A stretch of DNA of 63,940 nucleotides, filler included, from Reticulomyxa filosa (Eukaryota > Protista > Foraminifera): NCBI GenBank assembly GCA_000512085.1. It is 16 parts of 16 records of this genome, joined end to end, with 100 filler letters (N's around TTAATTAATTAA, not from the genome) between each part and the next. Parts side by side here need not be neighbours in the genome. Positions count along the whole stretch, not along the records: positions 11,403 to 15,909 come from ASPP01005026.1; positions 16,010 to 20,645 come from ASPP01013679.1; positions 20,746 to 24,034 come from ASPP01026733.1; positions 24,135 to 26,939 come from ASPP01023519.1; 12 more parts are not named here. One strand, 5' to 3'. The translations under genes and the position numbers were made by a program. Positions 11,545-25,172 of the stretch are shown piece after piece. The notes beneath the pieces are model-generated. The model was not told the DNA's origin. It worked only from the letters and a program-made list of their open reading frames with translations, and searched no databases. Each line of letters starts with the position of its first letter. Position 1 is the stretch's first letter.

Positions 11545-11769
11545 ATGTGGAAAGGTAAGATTGCTTTTGCTGGATTGTTTTGCTTACTTGCATTTGCCTG
11601 GTTGGTTCGCAAATATTTTCATCTGAACTCGTCCAAACCTGGAAACAAACATGACGATAGTGGCTCTCAATTGCATGACGAAAACTCCTCTGACTCGTTT
11701 CCCTTTGGGCAAAGTACAATAGAATTTCTATCTAGGGCTTGGAAGTCACTTCTTCCTCTTCAACAATAA
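11545..11769 (+). CDS. Short ORF or terminal exon with one hydrophobic segment
   Basis: MWKGKIAFAGLFCLLAFAWLVRKYF...; lies near a contig start, so it may be a last exon. Confidence 0.3.
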   Translation: MWKGKIAFAGLFCLLAFAWLVRKYFHLNSSKPGNKHDDSGSQLHDENSSDSFPFGQSTIEFLSRAWKSLLPLQQ

Positions 11770-12109
11770 ATATACACTTTTGCCTTGAGTCTCGTTGCTA
11801 TTCTCATTCTTTGCCATATTTGGTTTTACTGTTTGTGTGTTAATCACTTTTGCAACCAATCAGTTATTGCTCTTATTGAAAAATAACTGCAAGAATACAT
11901 TATATACGGCACTTATAAAGTGGCATTTTATCTAATTTTATTATATATTAATTGAACATAGCCAATACAATGATCGATTCACAAATTTTGTGTTTACTAA
12001 ACTGCGTTCATTGTGATGCATGAAAGTTTTTTTGTTTTTTTTTAGAACTAAATAAATGAAATTGCCAAAAATATATCATATAGGAGTTAAAATAAAAGTA
12101 CAATAAGCT

Positions 12110-12480
12110 ACTACATCACAGATTGAGCTGTAGTATCTGTATGTCCACTGAACACTTGAGTTTGTTGACCAAATCGAATATATTAATAATAAATAAATTT
12201 TTGAGTATTTGTTGACATTAAATAAAATACAAAAAAAAAAAAACATAACATAATTGACAGTAAGTTTGTCAAGTTCATGAATCTATCCAAATTTAATATT
12301 TAATTTTCGAATAAAATGCCGAATAATTATTTGAATTTTTTTTAAAACTGTTTGAATCACATATCAAACAGAATAATGCGTAAAATATAAAGATAATCAG
12401 CTTTTTGAAAAGATTAAAAAAAGAAACCAAATTCAGTTGTATTTAAGTTTGAACTTTTTTATCCATCAACATCTATCAAA
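12110..12480 (-). pseudogene. Highly deleted remnant of the WD40 family
   Basis: Minus strand holds pieces of the family's exon 2 (..IKFG*IHELDKL..) and a ..GQQTQVFSGHTD.. blade fragment. Confidence 0.6.
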
Positions 12481-12975
12481 CTACTTTGATGATATGCAGA
12501 TCAAAGTTTCTTTACAAAACAATTTTCTAAGACTTAGAAATTTTAAAAAATTTGATATTTCATATTTTGTTGTTGCAAACTTTTTAAATACACCATTTGC
12601 GTCATATACAAGTTTATTGTGAGTATCCAAATTATGTTAAAAATTGACAATAATATTTTTTAATTTCATCAACTACATGTTTGTGATGATATTATATTAT
12701 TCAATTCTTATGCATATGTGTGTATCAATGACGTCATCTTGTTCTTTGATAGATACAATAATAGCGTTTATCCAAAATCATAATTGCAAATCACCAACAT
12801 ATTAATCCTTGTGATTTATTGAACAACTTTTAAACTTTTAAGATTTTCTTTATATTATCAAAATTTGCATTATACTCGTTCAGTATTTCAAAAACTATAT
12901 TTTTTTTTAACAGCCCCTTACTTAATTTAATAAAAGTTCAAACTTTTCATCATCTAAGACAATCTCAAAATAAAG

Positions 12976-14379
12976 ATGACCACTGTTGGTAATGAAAAAC
13001 AATTTTCAATACAACAGTTCTTGGTAAGTTTCTTTTTCAATCTTTCAAAAAACTATAATTATCTTTGCTTAACACTGTTCCTTGTTGTATATGATAATCA
13101 GCCAAAAAAAGGGATCCAATTGATTATCCAACATTGGATTCGGATATTGCATATGCAATTTGGATGGATTCATGAATTTGACAAACTTGTTGTCAAATAT
13201 GTTATGTTTTTTTTTCTTTTTGTTTTTCATTTAATTAGAGTCAGAATTCAAATATTTATTTAGGCTACTACACTTGTAATGTTTGAAACGTTTCGTTCAG
13301 CTTCTAAATTACTTAATACTTTTACCGGACATATTTATTGGGTGTGGAGTATCGATTATTCTGTGTTTGATAATGATCAATTAATTTGTTCTGGATCGGC
13401 TGACAAAAAAGTTCGCGTATGGGATATTGATAGCAATAAACAAATACAATCATTTAATGGACATTCAGATTTTGTATATTGTGTAAAATTTTCACAATAT
13501 TATTATCATAATAACAATCGTAATGTTATTTGCTCTTCATCAAATGATAAAACTATTCGTTTTTGGGATATAAAAAGTGACCAACAATTTCAAATATTCA
13601 ATGGACATACAAAAGGTGTTTGCTGTATTGAATTTTCTCCATTTAATAATGGTAGATATTTATGTTCTGGATCATATGACAATAATATTCGTTTATGGGA
13701 TATCGAGACATCTAAATCATTATATGTTTTTAATGGACATGAAGATTGTGTTCGATGTGTAGATATTTCACCATTGCAATATAATAATAATAATAATAAT
13801 AAAGGTAATAATATTGGTGTAATTGGTGGTAATGGATATACAATTTGTTCTGGATCATGGGATAAGACAATTCGAATATGGGACATTGAAACAGCCAAAC
13901 AACAAACTGTATTCAAAAAACATGACTTTGTAAATTGTGTAAAATATGGATCAAACGAATTAGGAAATATCGGCTGTGCAAATACAATATTATCTGGATC
14001 AAATCATAAAAGCGTTTGTTTATGGGATATTCGATCTGGTGAACAAATTCAAATATTTAATGGACATACAGGGAATGTGAGTTGCGTTGAATATGCACCA
14101 TTTGTTATAAATAATAATATATTTGATTGCAGTTCAAATGTAATATGTTCTGGATCATGGGATAATACAATTCGATTTTGGGATATTCGATCAAATAAGA
14201 GTGAATTATATGTGATTAAAGGAGAAAAAGAAGATAATGGAATAGGATGTCTTGCATTTATACATTTGAAAAAGAAAGAAAAGAGCAATGAAAATATGAG
14301 TGATGTTAAGTTATGTTACGGTTCAACCAATGGTTTTATTCGTATTTGGGGAAAATCTTTATCTTCAGCAAGTAATTGA
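12976..14379 (+). CDS. WD40-repeat protein, intact member of an expanded family (3 exons)
   Basis: Exons 12976-13023, 13102-13200 and 13264-14379 with phase-0 GT-AG introns. About 7 blades of the form GH...ICSGSxDxTIRxWD. Confidence 0.92.
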
Positions 14380-15124
14380 ACTTTTTTTTAAATAAAAAGA
14401 TAATGACTTAAACGTAATAAAAAAAATGGAGATTTGGTTAAAATTTGTTTGAAATAATTTTTAAAGTCAATATTTTTTCAACAAATTCTTTAACAGTTAA
14501 TCTTTTCAACAAATTTGATTGTAAATAAATAAATGAATAAAACGATTGATTACCTTTTGGTGTTTAAAATGCGTTATGCTATTTTTAATTTCGGTCAATG
14601 ACTTCATTTTTTTCAAATCAACTACATATTCGGTATTGAAGGATTGAAAAATAGAATCTTTGTCAGATTTGAATCACTCTGATGCATATTTTTATATTTC
14701 ATTGAAAATGTTTGTTTTATTTTATTTTCATTGTTACTTTATCATCAAAAAGGTAATACATGAATATTTCAGGACTTAAAATTATCAAAATTTGGTTTTC
14801 AAATTGAAATTGAATGACGCACATCACAATATAATGATCAAGTTATTCGTACGTTTGATGTTAAGCATCGATCTTTTTCTAAATAACAAAAAAAATTATA
14901 TAATGCGATTTCAAAGGATGTACATTTTTCCCAATTCATGTACAGCTTCACTCTTTTCCCTTTTTGAACTTTGCAACCAGTTTTAAAACCTTAGTCTTTT
15001 GCTACTCGCATACGAAACACCTGCTGCTATTTTTGTACATCTATTAGCACATTTAGCAAACTCACTATCACAAGTATTGCCAGCCCAAGATTTGTGATGC
15101 ACTTTTTGAAATTAATAGATAATG

Positions 15125-15639
15125 AGTATGGAACAGTATGGACGCATTGAAATCAATGTTGGGTATGGAGGAACTTATTACGTTATTGTACCTGCCACTC
15201 GATTTAATTTGGATGTTAAAAAAGCACCTCCGAAAAAAAATTAGCTCTCACTAATCCCGATAGTAAAGATTTGGAGTTTGTCTATGGCAGTATTTTTGCA
15301 GATCGACAGGTTATAATGAAATTTTTTTGTTTATTGATAATATTCATATTGAAATTTGTTTGCTTGTTGTATATAAAGGTTGATCGATGTCCAACTGGAT
15401 CAGGTGTAATTGCTCGTATGGCTGCAGATTATGCAAAAAATAGAATTAAACCTGGTGTGAAAAGAGATTTTATTGGACGTACTGGAAGTGTGTTTACTGG
15501 AGAAATTAAAGAAGAACTTATTTATAAAGAAAAACGTGCTATTCAAGTTGAAGTAAGTGGACAATCCAATTATCTTGGAAGAAGTACTTATTATTTGGAG
15601 AAAGGAGATGAATTAGGAAGGGGATTTTTTGTTAGATGA
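15125..15639 (+). pseudogene. L3HYPDH: Proline racemase family (trans-3-hydroxy-L-proline dehydratase-like), 5'-less and internally deleted
   Basis: QYGRIEINVGYGGTYYVIVPA..; DLEFVYGSI fused directly to FADRQ (intervening segment missing); intron; VDRCPTGSGVIARMA..GSVFTG..VEVSG..GFFVR. The N-terminal half is absent. Confidence 0.75.
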
Positions 15640-16009
15640 AAAATATTTTTTTAAAAAAAAAAAAATCATCATTATGATTACACTTGATCGTGTGAACATT
15701 TTTTTATCATTATTTATTTTTATTTCAAGAATAACCTTTGAAATGTAGTAAGAGTTTCACAAAAAATCAGAGTAGGAGAGAAAGGAAATAGTTGAATCAA
15801 TCTTGCAAAAAAACAAAATACCATGCACACAAATAAAATCACCACCGTACAGGTTGCGGAAAGTGTTTTTCAACAATAGGTTTATAATAATTAGCAACCT
15901 CGGTAAGTGNNNNNNNNNNNNNNNNNNNNNNNNNNNNNNNNNNNNNNNNNNNNTTAATTAATTAANNNNNNNNNNNNNNNNNNNNNNNNNNNNNNNNNNN
16001 NNNNNNNNN

Positions 16010-16596
16010 AAAAAAAAGGGAGGTTTAAAGTGCAAAGGAGCAAAAAACACACAAGAAACTTTGTTACACATATTCATGTATGGACCACATACAAACAGTT
16101 TCTGATTTACCTACAGCAGGGATGATGTCCTTGTGTGGTGATTGATTGAAAAGATTGCAAATCTTTTGTCAAACGAAACGACGGAATCTTTGGCGACGAT
16201 TGACCCTTCCCACCAAGTAATATATATTCGTCACCACAGTCAGTCAACGAGTGTTGTGTTAATGAATCGCTTTTAGTTTTGTTGGCAGCAGCTATGCGAT
16301 GCCATGTAAATTCTTTTACTGTTGATGACGCATCCAGACGTCGTAGGATTTCTGGGACGCTTTCTGCACTTAAGTTCAACATCTCCTGGTCAAAATTACG
16401 GTTGTTGGAGTGATTATAGTAACAATTCGTGTCCTTCCATCTCAACAACTCCTGGTTTGGCAAATATTCCTTTTTTTATGTCGTTTTGTGCCCAAAAAAA
16501 AAGTTTTGCATGTTTCTTTCAAAATATAACGCATACTCAAGACGCTTCTACCTTTTCTGGATGCAAACCCATCAGAATTTTGAATTCCTTTGACAT
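16010..16596 (-). CDS. Kelch-repeat protein, 3'-truncated
   Basis: MSKEFKILMGLHPEK, intron, EYLPNQE..FTWHRI..LTQHSLTDCGDEYILLGG..TTQGHHPCCR: Kelch-like H-S..GG and GxxPxxR pattern. Confidence 0.6.
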
Positions 16597-16986
16597 TTTT
16601 TGTTCTTTATTTATGATTTAAATACAAAATTTTATAGCAATAAATCCCTTTGCAAAAACTAGTTCAACGTTCTGGGCTTACAAACTGAGAGAAAGCACCA
16701 CCATGTTTTGCCCCACATTGCACATTTGAGATCTAAACCAGAATTTAAGAATGTGTCAAAATTTTACGTTGTTGCCTGGCAATCGCACAGCATTTTGAGA
16801 AACATTACCAAACATGGCACTAAAAAAAAATAGCACGAACTAGAATATACAACATTAAGCTCTCTTAGTTTATCTTCTTTTGAGCTCCAAACTTTTAACT
16901 TCGGCTTTTTGAGTGCCAGGTACATTAAGAAAAAGAAGTTCTTGTATTGACAGTTAGTAATTATTTTTATTTATTGCCGCAATAAA

Positions 16987-18221
16987 ATGCTACCCAAAAT
17001 AAAAGAAGAAAATCTTTCATACATGCCATCAATTTTGGGAAATAGCTGGGAAACAATGAAAAGAGAATCATTGACCCAACTGCACTTGTTGTTGGACGTA
17101 CAAGTTGCACAAATGTTTAACTCGGCCGAAGAAGCACAGAAACACTACGAAGAAGAAATTTCGTCATTGAAAAAGCAACTGCAATCTGAGAAAAAAAAAT
17201 ACGAGGAGTTGGAAAAAGAATACATGTGCCTCAAAAATGAATATGATATTTTTCTAAACGAAAGGGCTCTAAAAGTTGGTTTCTTTCCCAATACTATGAA
17301 CTGGCTTAAAAAAAAAAAAAAATGAAAACAAGAGGCGTGCTTTGATTGTAACGTCCGTGTTTGCGCAAAAAAAAAAAAGACAACAGACAAATGGGGAGGT
17401 GGATTATTTTCATCAATGAGTCAGCCAATATCACCGTTGCAAAAGGAAGGAAGCAATTTGGGCGAATGGGTAGGATTGTCAGAGAGTGACGCTTCTGATG
17501 ATATAACAATCGGGAAGGGTGCCGACGCAAATGAAGAGAACAAGCAAGACAAACCACATGAATGCCCCAAATGCCACGAAAAATTTAAAAAAAAACAAAA
17601 TTTGGAGAATCACATTTTGTCTTGTATCCACGGAAAGTATCGTTTCACATGCACTTTTGACGGCTGTGATAAAAAATTCAATAGACAAATCCATTATGAT
17701 AATCATGTGAGAAGTGTTCATACAGGTCAACACTTTTTCAAATTACAAAAATACCTTTTTGTTTACATAAATTTATTTATAACACATACCAGAGGTTATA
17801 TTGTTATTAGATGTGAATGTTTTCTTTTTCAAAAAAAAAAAAAGGGGAGACCCCGTTCGAGTGTTCCAAATGTTCTACATCTTTTTCACTGAAAAGAGAA
17901 TTGGTAAATCACATGGCCACATGCGTTGCTTCCAAAAAAAAGTGCACCACTTGTGGCAAAAGTTTCAAATCAGAAGAGTTTTTATTGAAACATACCTGCT
18001 CGAAAATATCTCGACCCTTTCAATGCACTAGCTGCTCTAAAAGCTTTTCAACTAATCTCAAATTAACCCGTCATATGAACAGTCACAATAGCTCTAAACC
18101 CTTTTCCTGTGAAACTTGTCACAAAAAATTTTCTACCGCTGCTAAATGTAACAGCCACAAACAACTCAAACATCCGACTGTTTTCACCTGTGTTGTCCAA
18201 GCAGAAGTTGTAAAAAAGTAA
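16987..18221 (+). CDS. C2H2 zinc-finger protein with N-terminal coiled coil (about 6 fingers)
   Basis: Introns ~17275-17379 and 17726-17844 join the exons in frame. Fingers CPKC..H, CTFDGC..HVRSVH-TGETPFECSKC, CTTC, CTSC, CETC; two end in C2HC. Confidence 0.88.
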
Positions 18222-19485
18222 TTCCAATGTTGTTACTCACTTTGTTCTTGCGTTACTCCTTATTATTATCAATGATATGTCATGTGCCCCATTTTTATAA
18301 ATCGTAGTAAAGTGGAGAGTTTAAAAATGTAACACTTGATTAACAAACGCCAAGAGATTTACGAGATTTAAAGTTAAAGTCATATTCTAAAGAAACATTT
18401 ACCATCTGTTTTTTTTGTTTACTTTCATAGGTTCTCACGACATGTTTCTGTTATAATTTCTTTTAATTTCTTTTATATTTAAGTTTTCTTCGCAAACACT
18501 CATATTACATCCGAACCTATGAGCTCCAGTACATCTAACATTACGTGTTCGCACTGTGTAAATCAACTGGTCAAAAGTGAACATGTGCACACTCGTAGTT
18601 CAGATGTAATACGAAATAGTATTTTCCTTGATAAATTTCAAGAAAAAATGGAAGGTAATCCAATAGAGAAGAAACAAATTATAGAATAAAACAAGGAACG
18701 AAAGTTACAAGAAAAGTGCAAATTTCAATGAAAAGGGCTTCGAGATTCCCTTGAGTTGTGTTATCTTATCCCGTGTTTCTGCAATAAGATAACATATAAA
18801 CGTCGATTTCATCAACGGAATAAAAAAATATTGCTTTAAGCTACAATAAAATGAATATTGCAATTTTTGATTAGTAAAAAAAACGTTTTAACCATTAAAT
18901 ATATTTTTTCATCAACTCGTATCAATTAATTTTTTGCAAGATTTGAATAAAGTAAAATGTAGTATGCTCAAAAAGGCTTTTTTAAGGAAAAATAGACTAA
19001 AAAGTATGACCGTATGATGTATATAGAAACATTAAAAATAAAACGATAAATCTTATTAGTACATAAAGTTGCGTGATTGGTTAGCACCAAAGTTTACTCA
19101 AGAAGATAATACGTTACTTTATTAACCAGCATAAATTTTAATTACAAGAGAGAGTGTCCCTAAATACGTGCAAGGTACCAAAACAAATGAAGTGCTTTCG
19201 GTACTTACTGTTGAGCCTGGCCGTGGATTCCCTTGCCTCAAATTACTTTGTAGCCAAACAAAGTAAGTAATGAAAGCTTTTTTTGCCACAAAACTTTTGT
19301 CTCGTTCTAGTGAGGATGAAAACAATTCCAATTCAGCGTCAGGATCCAACCAAGGAGTTTGTAGTTCTTGCAAGGAGAAATACTTTTTTTTTAAATTAAC
19401 GTAAATTCGGACAATATGATTTTGGGGGGTTTGTGTGCTGTCTGGTCTAAAAAAAAATAAAAAAAAAAAAAAAAATGTGGTTCAA

Positions 19486-20645
19486 ATGAAGTTGTTTAGC
19501 TCAAAAAAGAAAAACAAAGAGTTGCGTCCAACCGAAGCACTAAGTTCAACGTCGTCCTCTAGCCTCACACCAGAACAGCTAATGAAGTATGCGAACGACA
19601 ATTCAACCACTCACACAACAACGAACGCAGAAAACTCGTACCGTGAACTGGCCACCCCAAATGTCCCTCTGGACAACCCCACCCCAAATATTGTAAACGC
19701 TCAAAGTTCTCGAAAAACATCAAATGCAGGCACCCCGCAACAGACATTGTTTGACACTTTTTATGAAGCGTCAGAAATGGCATACGTAATGGGCAAGGGT
19801 TATAACCACATTATAGGCTTTCATGACGCGAAACTGTTGCTGAGCAACTATCGCAATGTGAACGTCGAATACGTCAGCGCAGCAGATTTGGCCATCCAAT
19901 ATCTGCAAGGGAAGTCTGTGCGACAACTGAAGAATTTCATGGAAAATGAAGCTGTTTTCACGAAAGAAATCCAACAACTGTTTTTAAATGGAAATGGTCT
20001 GTCAAGGAATGAAAACAATGCCAACAACGTGAATAACAATGCCACCATAATCACCGTTGTAGCGGATGACAACAATGTCGACTTGGCATTGTCCAATACG
20101 CCCAAAATTAAGAACAATGCCAGCGATCATTGCAATGCAAACACGTTTGGAAACACCAAAGATTGTACGTGTCACATACATGTACAACGCAGTAGTAAGA
20201 TCAAACGACGGAACAGTTATTCTCATAGTGGTGTCAAAAGTAATGATCGACCTCTTCGTGGCCATCATAGGAGCGTGGACGGAAATTCGATGAGTTTAAG
20301 CGAAAATATTGACGCGTTACATGTTCGCCACAATTCTCAAAGCATTGTCGACAGGGACAACCAACGTCGGAAAAAGTCGGAATTTTTGTCGAATGAGTGG
20401 GACCTGACTTCGCTTAAACCGCACTTGAACGCTGAGATTTCACCTAAAAATCCACTCCATTTGCAAACGTGCAATGTCCCCACTTGCAATCATCTCTCAT
20501 GCGACCCCAGTCCAAACCACTTTCTAGAGCACACTTCGATTAGCGATTTTCAGACTAATAATGAAATGCGCACGTCCTTTCATCGCTCAGAAATTACCCC
20601 GTCAAATCTCTCAAAAAAACAAAAATGTAATACGATTGTGTGTGT
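19486..20645 (+). CDS. Hypothetical S/N-rich protein, 3'-truncated
   Basis: Open frame of more than 380 codons with coding-like GC content, starting MKLFSSKKK. No domain recognised. Confidence 0.65.
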
Positions 20646-20745
20646 NNNNNNNNNNNNNNNNNNNNNNNNNNNNNNNNNNNNNNNNNNNNTTAATTAATTA
20701 ANNNNNNNNNNNNNNNNNNNNNNNNNNNNNNNNNNNNNNNNNNNN

Positions 20746-23140
20746 AAATGTACGCACAATCAACACGATGATATTTGGAATGTAGCACCTAAAAAAAAAA
20801 AAGCGACGTGTTACCATTGCAACAAAATTATACTTTCTGAACATTCCAGGGGATGGGATCGGATTAACAAACATAATTTTTTTTTTTTTGCGTACATGAT
20901 AAAAAAAGTAGTCTCACTAAGGGGGAAACAACGTATACAATAATCTATCAAAAACACGCCCTTTTTTTTTTCTGAAGCTCTGATCTCTTATCAAAAAAAT
21001 ACAATTAAAAAAAGGACTCTCCAACAGTGGAAAGAAATAAACTTAATGAATGTCGACAAAGTTTGCAATTGTTTTTTAAAGTCAAGATATGTAACGAAAA
21101 AAGGGATCCTCGAAAAGAAAAATATGGCACTACAATTGCAACCAGTTGCAGAAACGCTACAGCGATGGCTGAAGATCGCAGCATATTCCAAGCGAGAGGT
21201 GTCTTAAAACTGACAAAAGAGCCGATGACAATGATAACGAATTTTGAGAATTTTGCGCAGCTATGGACGAACAGAAGAATCACTATAATGACTTATACTA
21301 TTCAACAGCTCGGACTATGTCATTGGTGATCGAGTTGAATTAACTAACAATAGAAAAGGTATTTTTTTTTTTTAAACATACGTACATGTTGAATTGCATG
21401 TCGATTTTTGACAACTTAAAAAAAGCAATCTGTTGACTTTTTGCAGGTGTGATCAAATACATTGGAAAAGTCCACAGGTTCAGCATTGCATTGGACGAGT
21501 TCAATATCACAATCGATGGTAACAACTATTTTACCGCCATTGTTTGTTAATTGTCAAACGACAGCACGCAATGGAGGATTGTTCTTGAAGTGGCACTGTA
21601 TCTTGCTTAACGACAAAATCATGGGTCAATCTCAGCCTTTTTTTGTTCATCTAAACATTTTGTCAGTTTTAAGCGTCTCAAATTTGGATGTATCCAAAAA
21701 AAAAAAAAATACCACATTGGACAAACCAACGTGTAGATATGCCAATTACAGGATTGAAGCCACTTAAGCCTATTGCAAATGGTGGCGATGGAATATTCAG
21801 AGGACGAAGGAACAAACACTGAAAAGTTTTTGTTTTATTTTGAAAAGAAGAGAAGGAAAATGTTAATATAGGATGTATAGGATGTATATGATGTATACGA
21901 TGTATTAACAAGATAATCTTATTTGATAACTGAATGAAAAAAAAAACAAACCAGGATACGGTTATTTTACACGTATCGGCGATATGGACTCAATAGTGAA
22001 AATGCGCGCGCGTACAGAAGTACTAAGCTCGAATCAATCCCAGAAGACCTGGAAATGAACCTCCTTCGAATTATCAGTCGACGGATAGATCGAGCGCGGT
22101 GATTACCAAAGACACAAATACGCAAGACGACGAGTTTGAATTGAATCGTCAGTGTATTGTCATCAGCAAAGATGAAGAAAAAAAATAAATCGTAAATCAG
22201 TTGTTGATATGGCCAGCATTATCGTGTTGAAGAATGGATTTGAGATCTTTTTTGGAGACACATTATTTTGGATTGAAACTGTTTTGGATTTAGATTGTCA
22301 GATACTCTGGCAATCTCCTGATTTTGGTAAAGGTGAATGTATTGATGTGGCAAAAAAAATTGCGAGTGAGTGATCTCGTTGAAATTACTTCAGGACGAAC
22401 AGGTTTATTTTAATAATAATTTATAATTTTATTTTGTTTATTGGCAAAGTTGTGTTTTATGCAAGGATCGATCAACTTTGACGACAGGGAAATGTTTGGC
22501 ATTTTATTGGATAATTGATCACTCAATAGTCACAATGATTGCTGATTCCCTCTTTGAGTCCGTGAAGGAGGATGTGGAAAACGACAAGCGATGGAGGTCG
22601 ATGGATATTGAAACCCCGTCAACGAAGACGAAGAGACCAAAAAAGATAGACCAAAGCCAGTTCAAATATATTAAATAGTAAAGTATATGGGAAAGATCGA
22701 GTTTACACAAGCAGAGCCAATCTCATGACAGATCACTCAATGGAATGCCATACTTTAAAAAAAAAGGCTATTTTATTCGTATATATCTTTGAAAGACATA
22801 ATCGGTGATATTTGGACGCGCATTTTGAAGAGGACTACAAGTGATAGATACAAAGGAAAAGTGATATTTATTGACCAAAGTCAAGTTTTTGCATGAAGAA
22901 ATGGCAGGCTGGATCCAAATGGACATAACAGCAACATGTGCGTGTGTGTGGAAAAAATACTTTGACACTCCGGAAGGATATGACTGGTTTGTCTCGATCG
23001 ATAAAGTCAGTCCTGAAGTCGAAACTGAAAAGAGGGTGGCCACTCAAGAGGCAAAAAGTCCAAAAATAAAAGTCGCGTCAATGCACGGATTGATTTACTT
23101 TTTTTATGGCAAAGCAGACTGTTCAACTGCAATTTGATCC
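20746..23140 (+). pseudogene. Unidentified degenerate multi-exon gene
   Basis: Coding-like blocks (e.g. 21027-21329, 22478-22678, 22871-23137) broken by stops and frameshifts and separated by intron-like tracts. Confidence 0.35.
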
Positions 23141-23619
23141 ACTTGTTATCCGAAAAATTGGTATTACAATGACTACGACGGCACTAATTTAATTCCAACA
23201 ACACCAGTAGTATTAATTGAATTGATGAGATTTGTGGTTACTTTCAATATTCCAAACACAAATGATTTTATTATCACGACTATCATTATCATCATTGTTG
23301 GCCTATCTTCATCCGTTTTTCTTTTTTTTCACTGTTCTTATTTCTATACTTTTTTGTCCATTTTTGCTTTCTTTTTACCATCATCTTCTTTTTTTGGGAT
23401 TTCCTATTTTTGTTCTCATTGGCTTCAAACTCTACTTCTTTTTCATCTTTTTCTTTATCATCTTCTTGGTACCAACTCTAAACAATAAAAGAGCAAAATC
23501 AATCTATTGCATATTACCACTTGCAATTAATTTTTCAAAGACGCAAGTAAAAACTAGACGAATCAAATCAATCTATTTTTAAATATTAAAGAAACTTTTT
23601 GCAAGAAATTAATTAGACT

Positions 23620-24034
23620 AAAGATATCAGGTGAGCTAGAGATTGGGAATTTAAATTATTATTCCAAAAAAAATGCACAAACAAACACAATTCAATTCAT
23701 ACAAAAAGAAATTTTTTAATCAAAAAATTTGAGGCAAGTGTCAAATACTTGCGATAAATATCACATCAACTTGACATTGTTCGAATTTCACTTCACTCTT
23801 GCTTGCTGGAACTGCAACCACTACAACCACTTTCCAATTGCTCGATAGACAGGTATCTTTGGAGGTCTATGTTATATACGTATGTAATTAATCATACATA
23901 TTTCAATCACATTATAAGAAAACATTATAACTTGAAATATAGTTTGCGCATATGACATGATAATAATCAGCTCATCACTTTCAAATTGTTCGATTTTCTT
24001 TCAATATATCATGCACCACATTACATGATATGGA
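23620..24034 (-). repeat. Dispersed degenerate repeat / pseudogene family, copy 2
   Basis: Paralogous to 10655-11060, with different indels. Confidence 0.8.
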
Positions 24035-25172
24035 NNNNNNNNNNNNNNNNNNNNNNNNNNNNNNNNNNNNNNNNNNNNTTAATTAATTAANNNNNNNNNN
24101 NNNNNNNNNNNNNNNNNNNNNNNNNNNNNNNNNNTTTAAAAAATCATTTGAAAGAATGATATTTTTCTCCAACCTAAAAAAAAGTTATTCAAAAATCAAT
24201 ATCATATTTAAAAACTACAAGGCTTGTAGATATTTTTTTAAAAAAGATTAGCTTTAAATGTTTGTTTTTCATTAAGAAAATCTATCATCTTCATAAGGTG
24301 GCATTTTCGGTGTTCAGTTTTTTTGCAACCTACTGTATGTTAATTAAAAAGAAACGTAGTTTTGGCTCTGCCAAAATATATTCAAGAGAAAGCCATACAT
24401 AAATGAAATGTTGATTTTTATGGATAAACTTATAATGTTTATATAGATGGATATCCTTTTGTTGATTATATTTCTTTTAAAATATAAGACTTGAAGACTT
24501 CAAAGTATTTGATACAAAAAAAGTTGCAAACAGCAAAAATGACACTTTCAAAACTAATAGATTTATGATGAAAAATAATCTAATTCATATATATGTCCAC
24601 AGTCGCAAACAGCAAAAAAATGAAATCCTTAATTAAGAAGAGTAAGCAAACACAAGAGAAAATGAAAAACAAAACTTTGCTTACAACAACCGTTACATTC
24701 AAATTTTTATTTTTGTTTTTTTTCATTCGATATATCTCCTTTCATTCAAAACAAAACAATAGGAAAAAAAACAAAAATAAAAATTTGAAAGTTAAGGGAA
24801 GATTGTTGTTATTTAAAAGATATATCAATATTTTGAAGTTTATTAATTCAAACTTTTTTCACATTGTTTCAAGTGGAGGAAATATTTTTTTTCAACCGAA
24901 CAATGAACAGCAAGATACCAAAACAAAAATAAGTAAAAAAATACCTCTTTGATACAACAACAAGCAATCAAGTGAAAATGCGTTACAGTAACAAAACAAA
25001 CAACATCAAAAAAAACAAAACACAACACCAACAAACAAAACAAAAAAATAACGCAAAGATGAACAAGATAAACAAACAAACGAACAAAAATAAACAACGA
25101 ATAGTGAATACGCACAAACATCAAAATAAAAATTTGGAAATGACACCCGACGACTGCTGGGAAAGTGACGTA

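Noticed and set aside
20746-23500. Alternative genetic code (stop-codon reassignment) to explain frequent in-frame stops
   Set aside because: Conserved genes (ALAD, Sec61, FAHD1, CTBS) read without internal stops, TAA and TGA serve as normal terminators, and the stop-rich regions also contain frameshifts, which fits decay.
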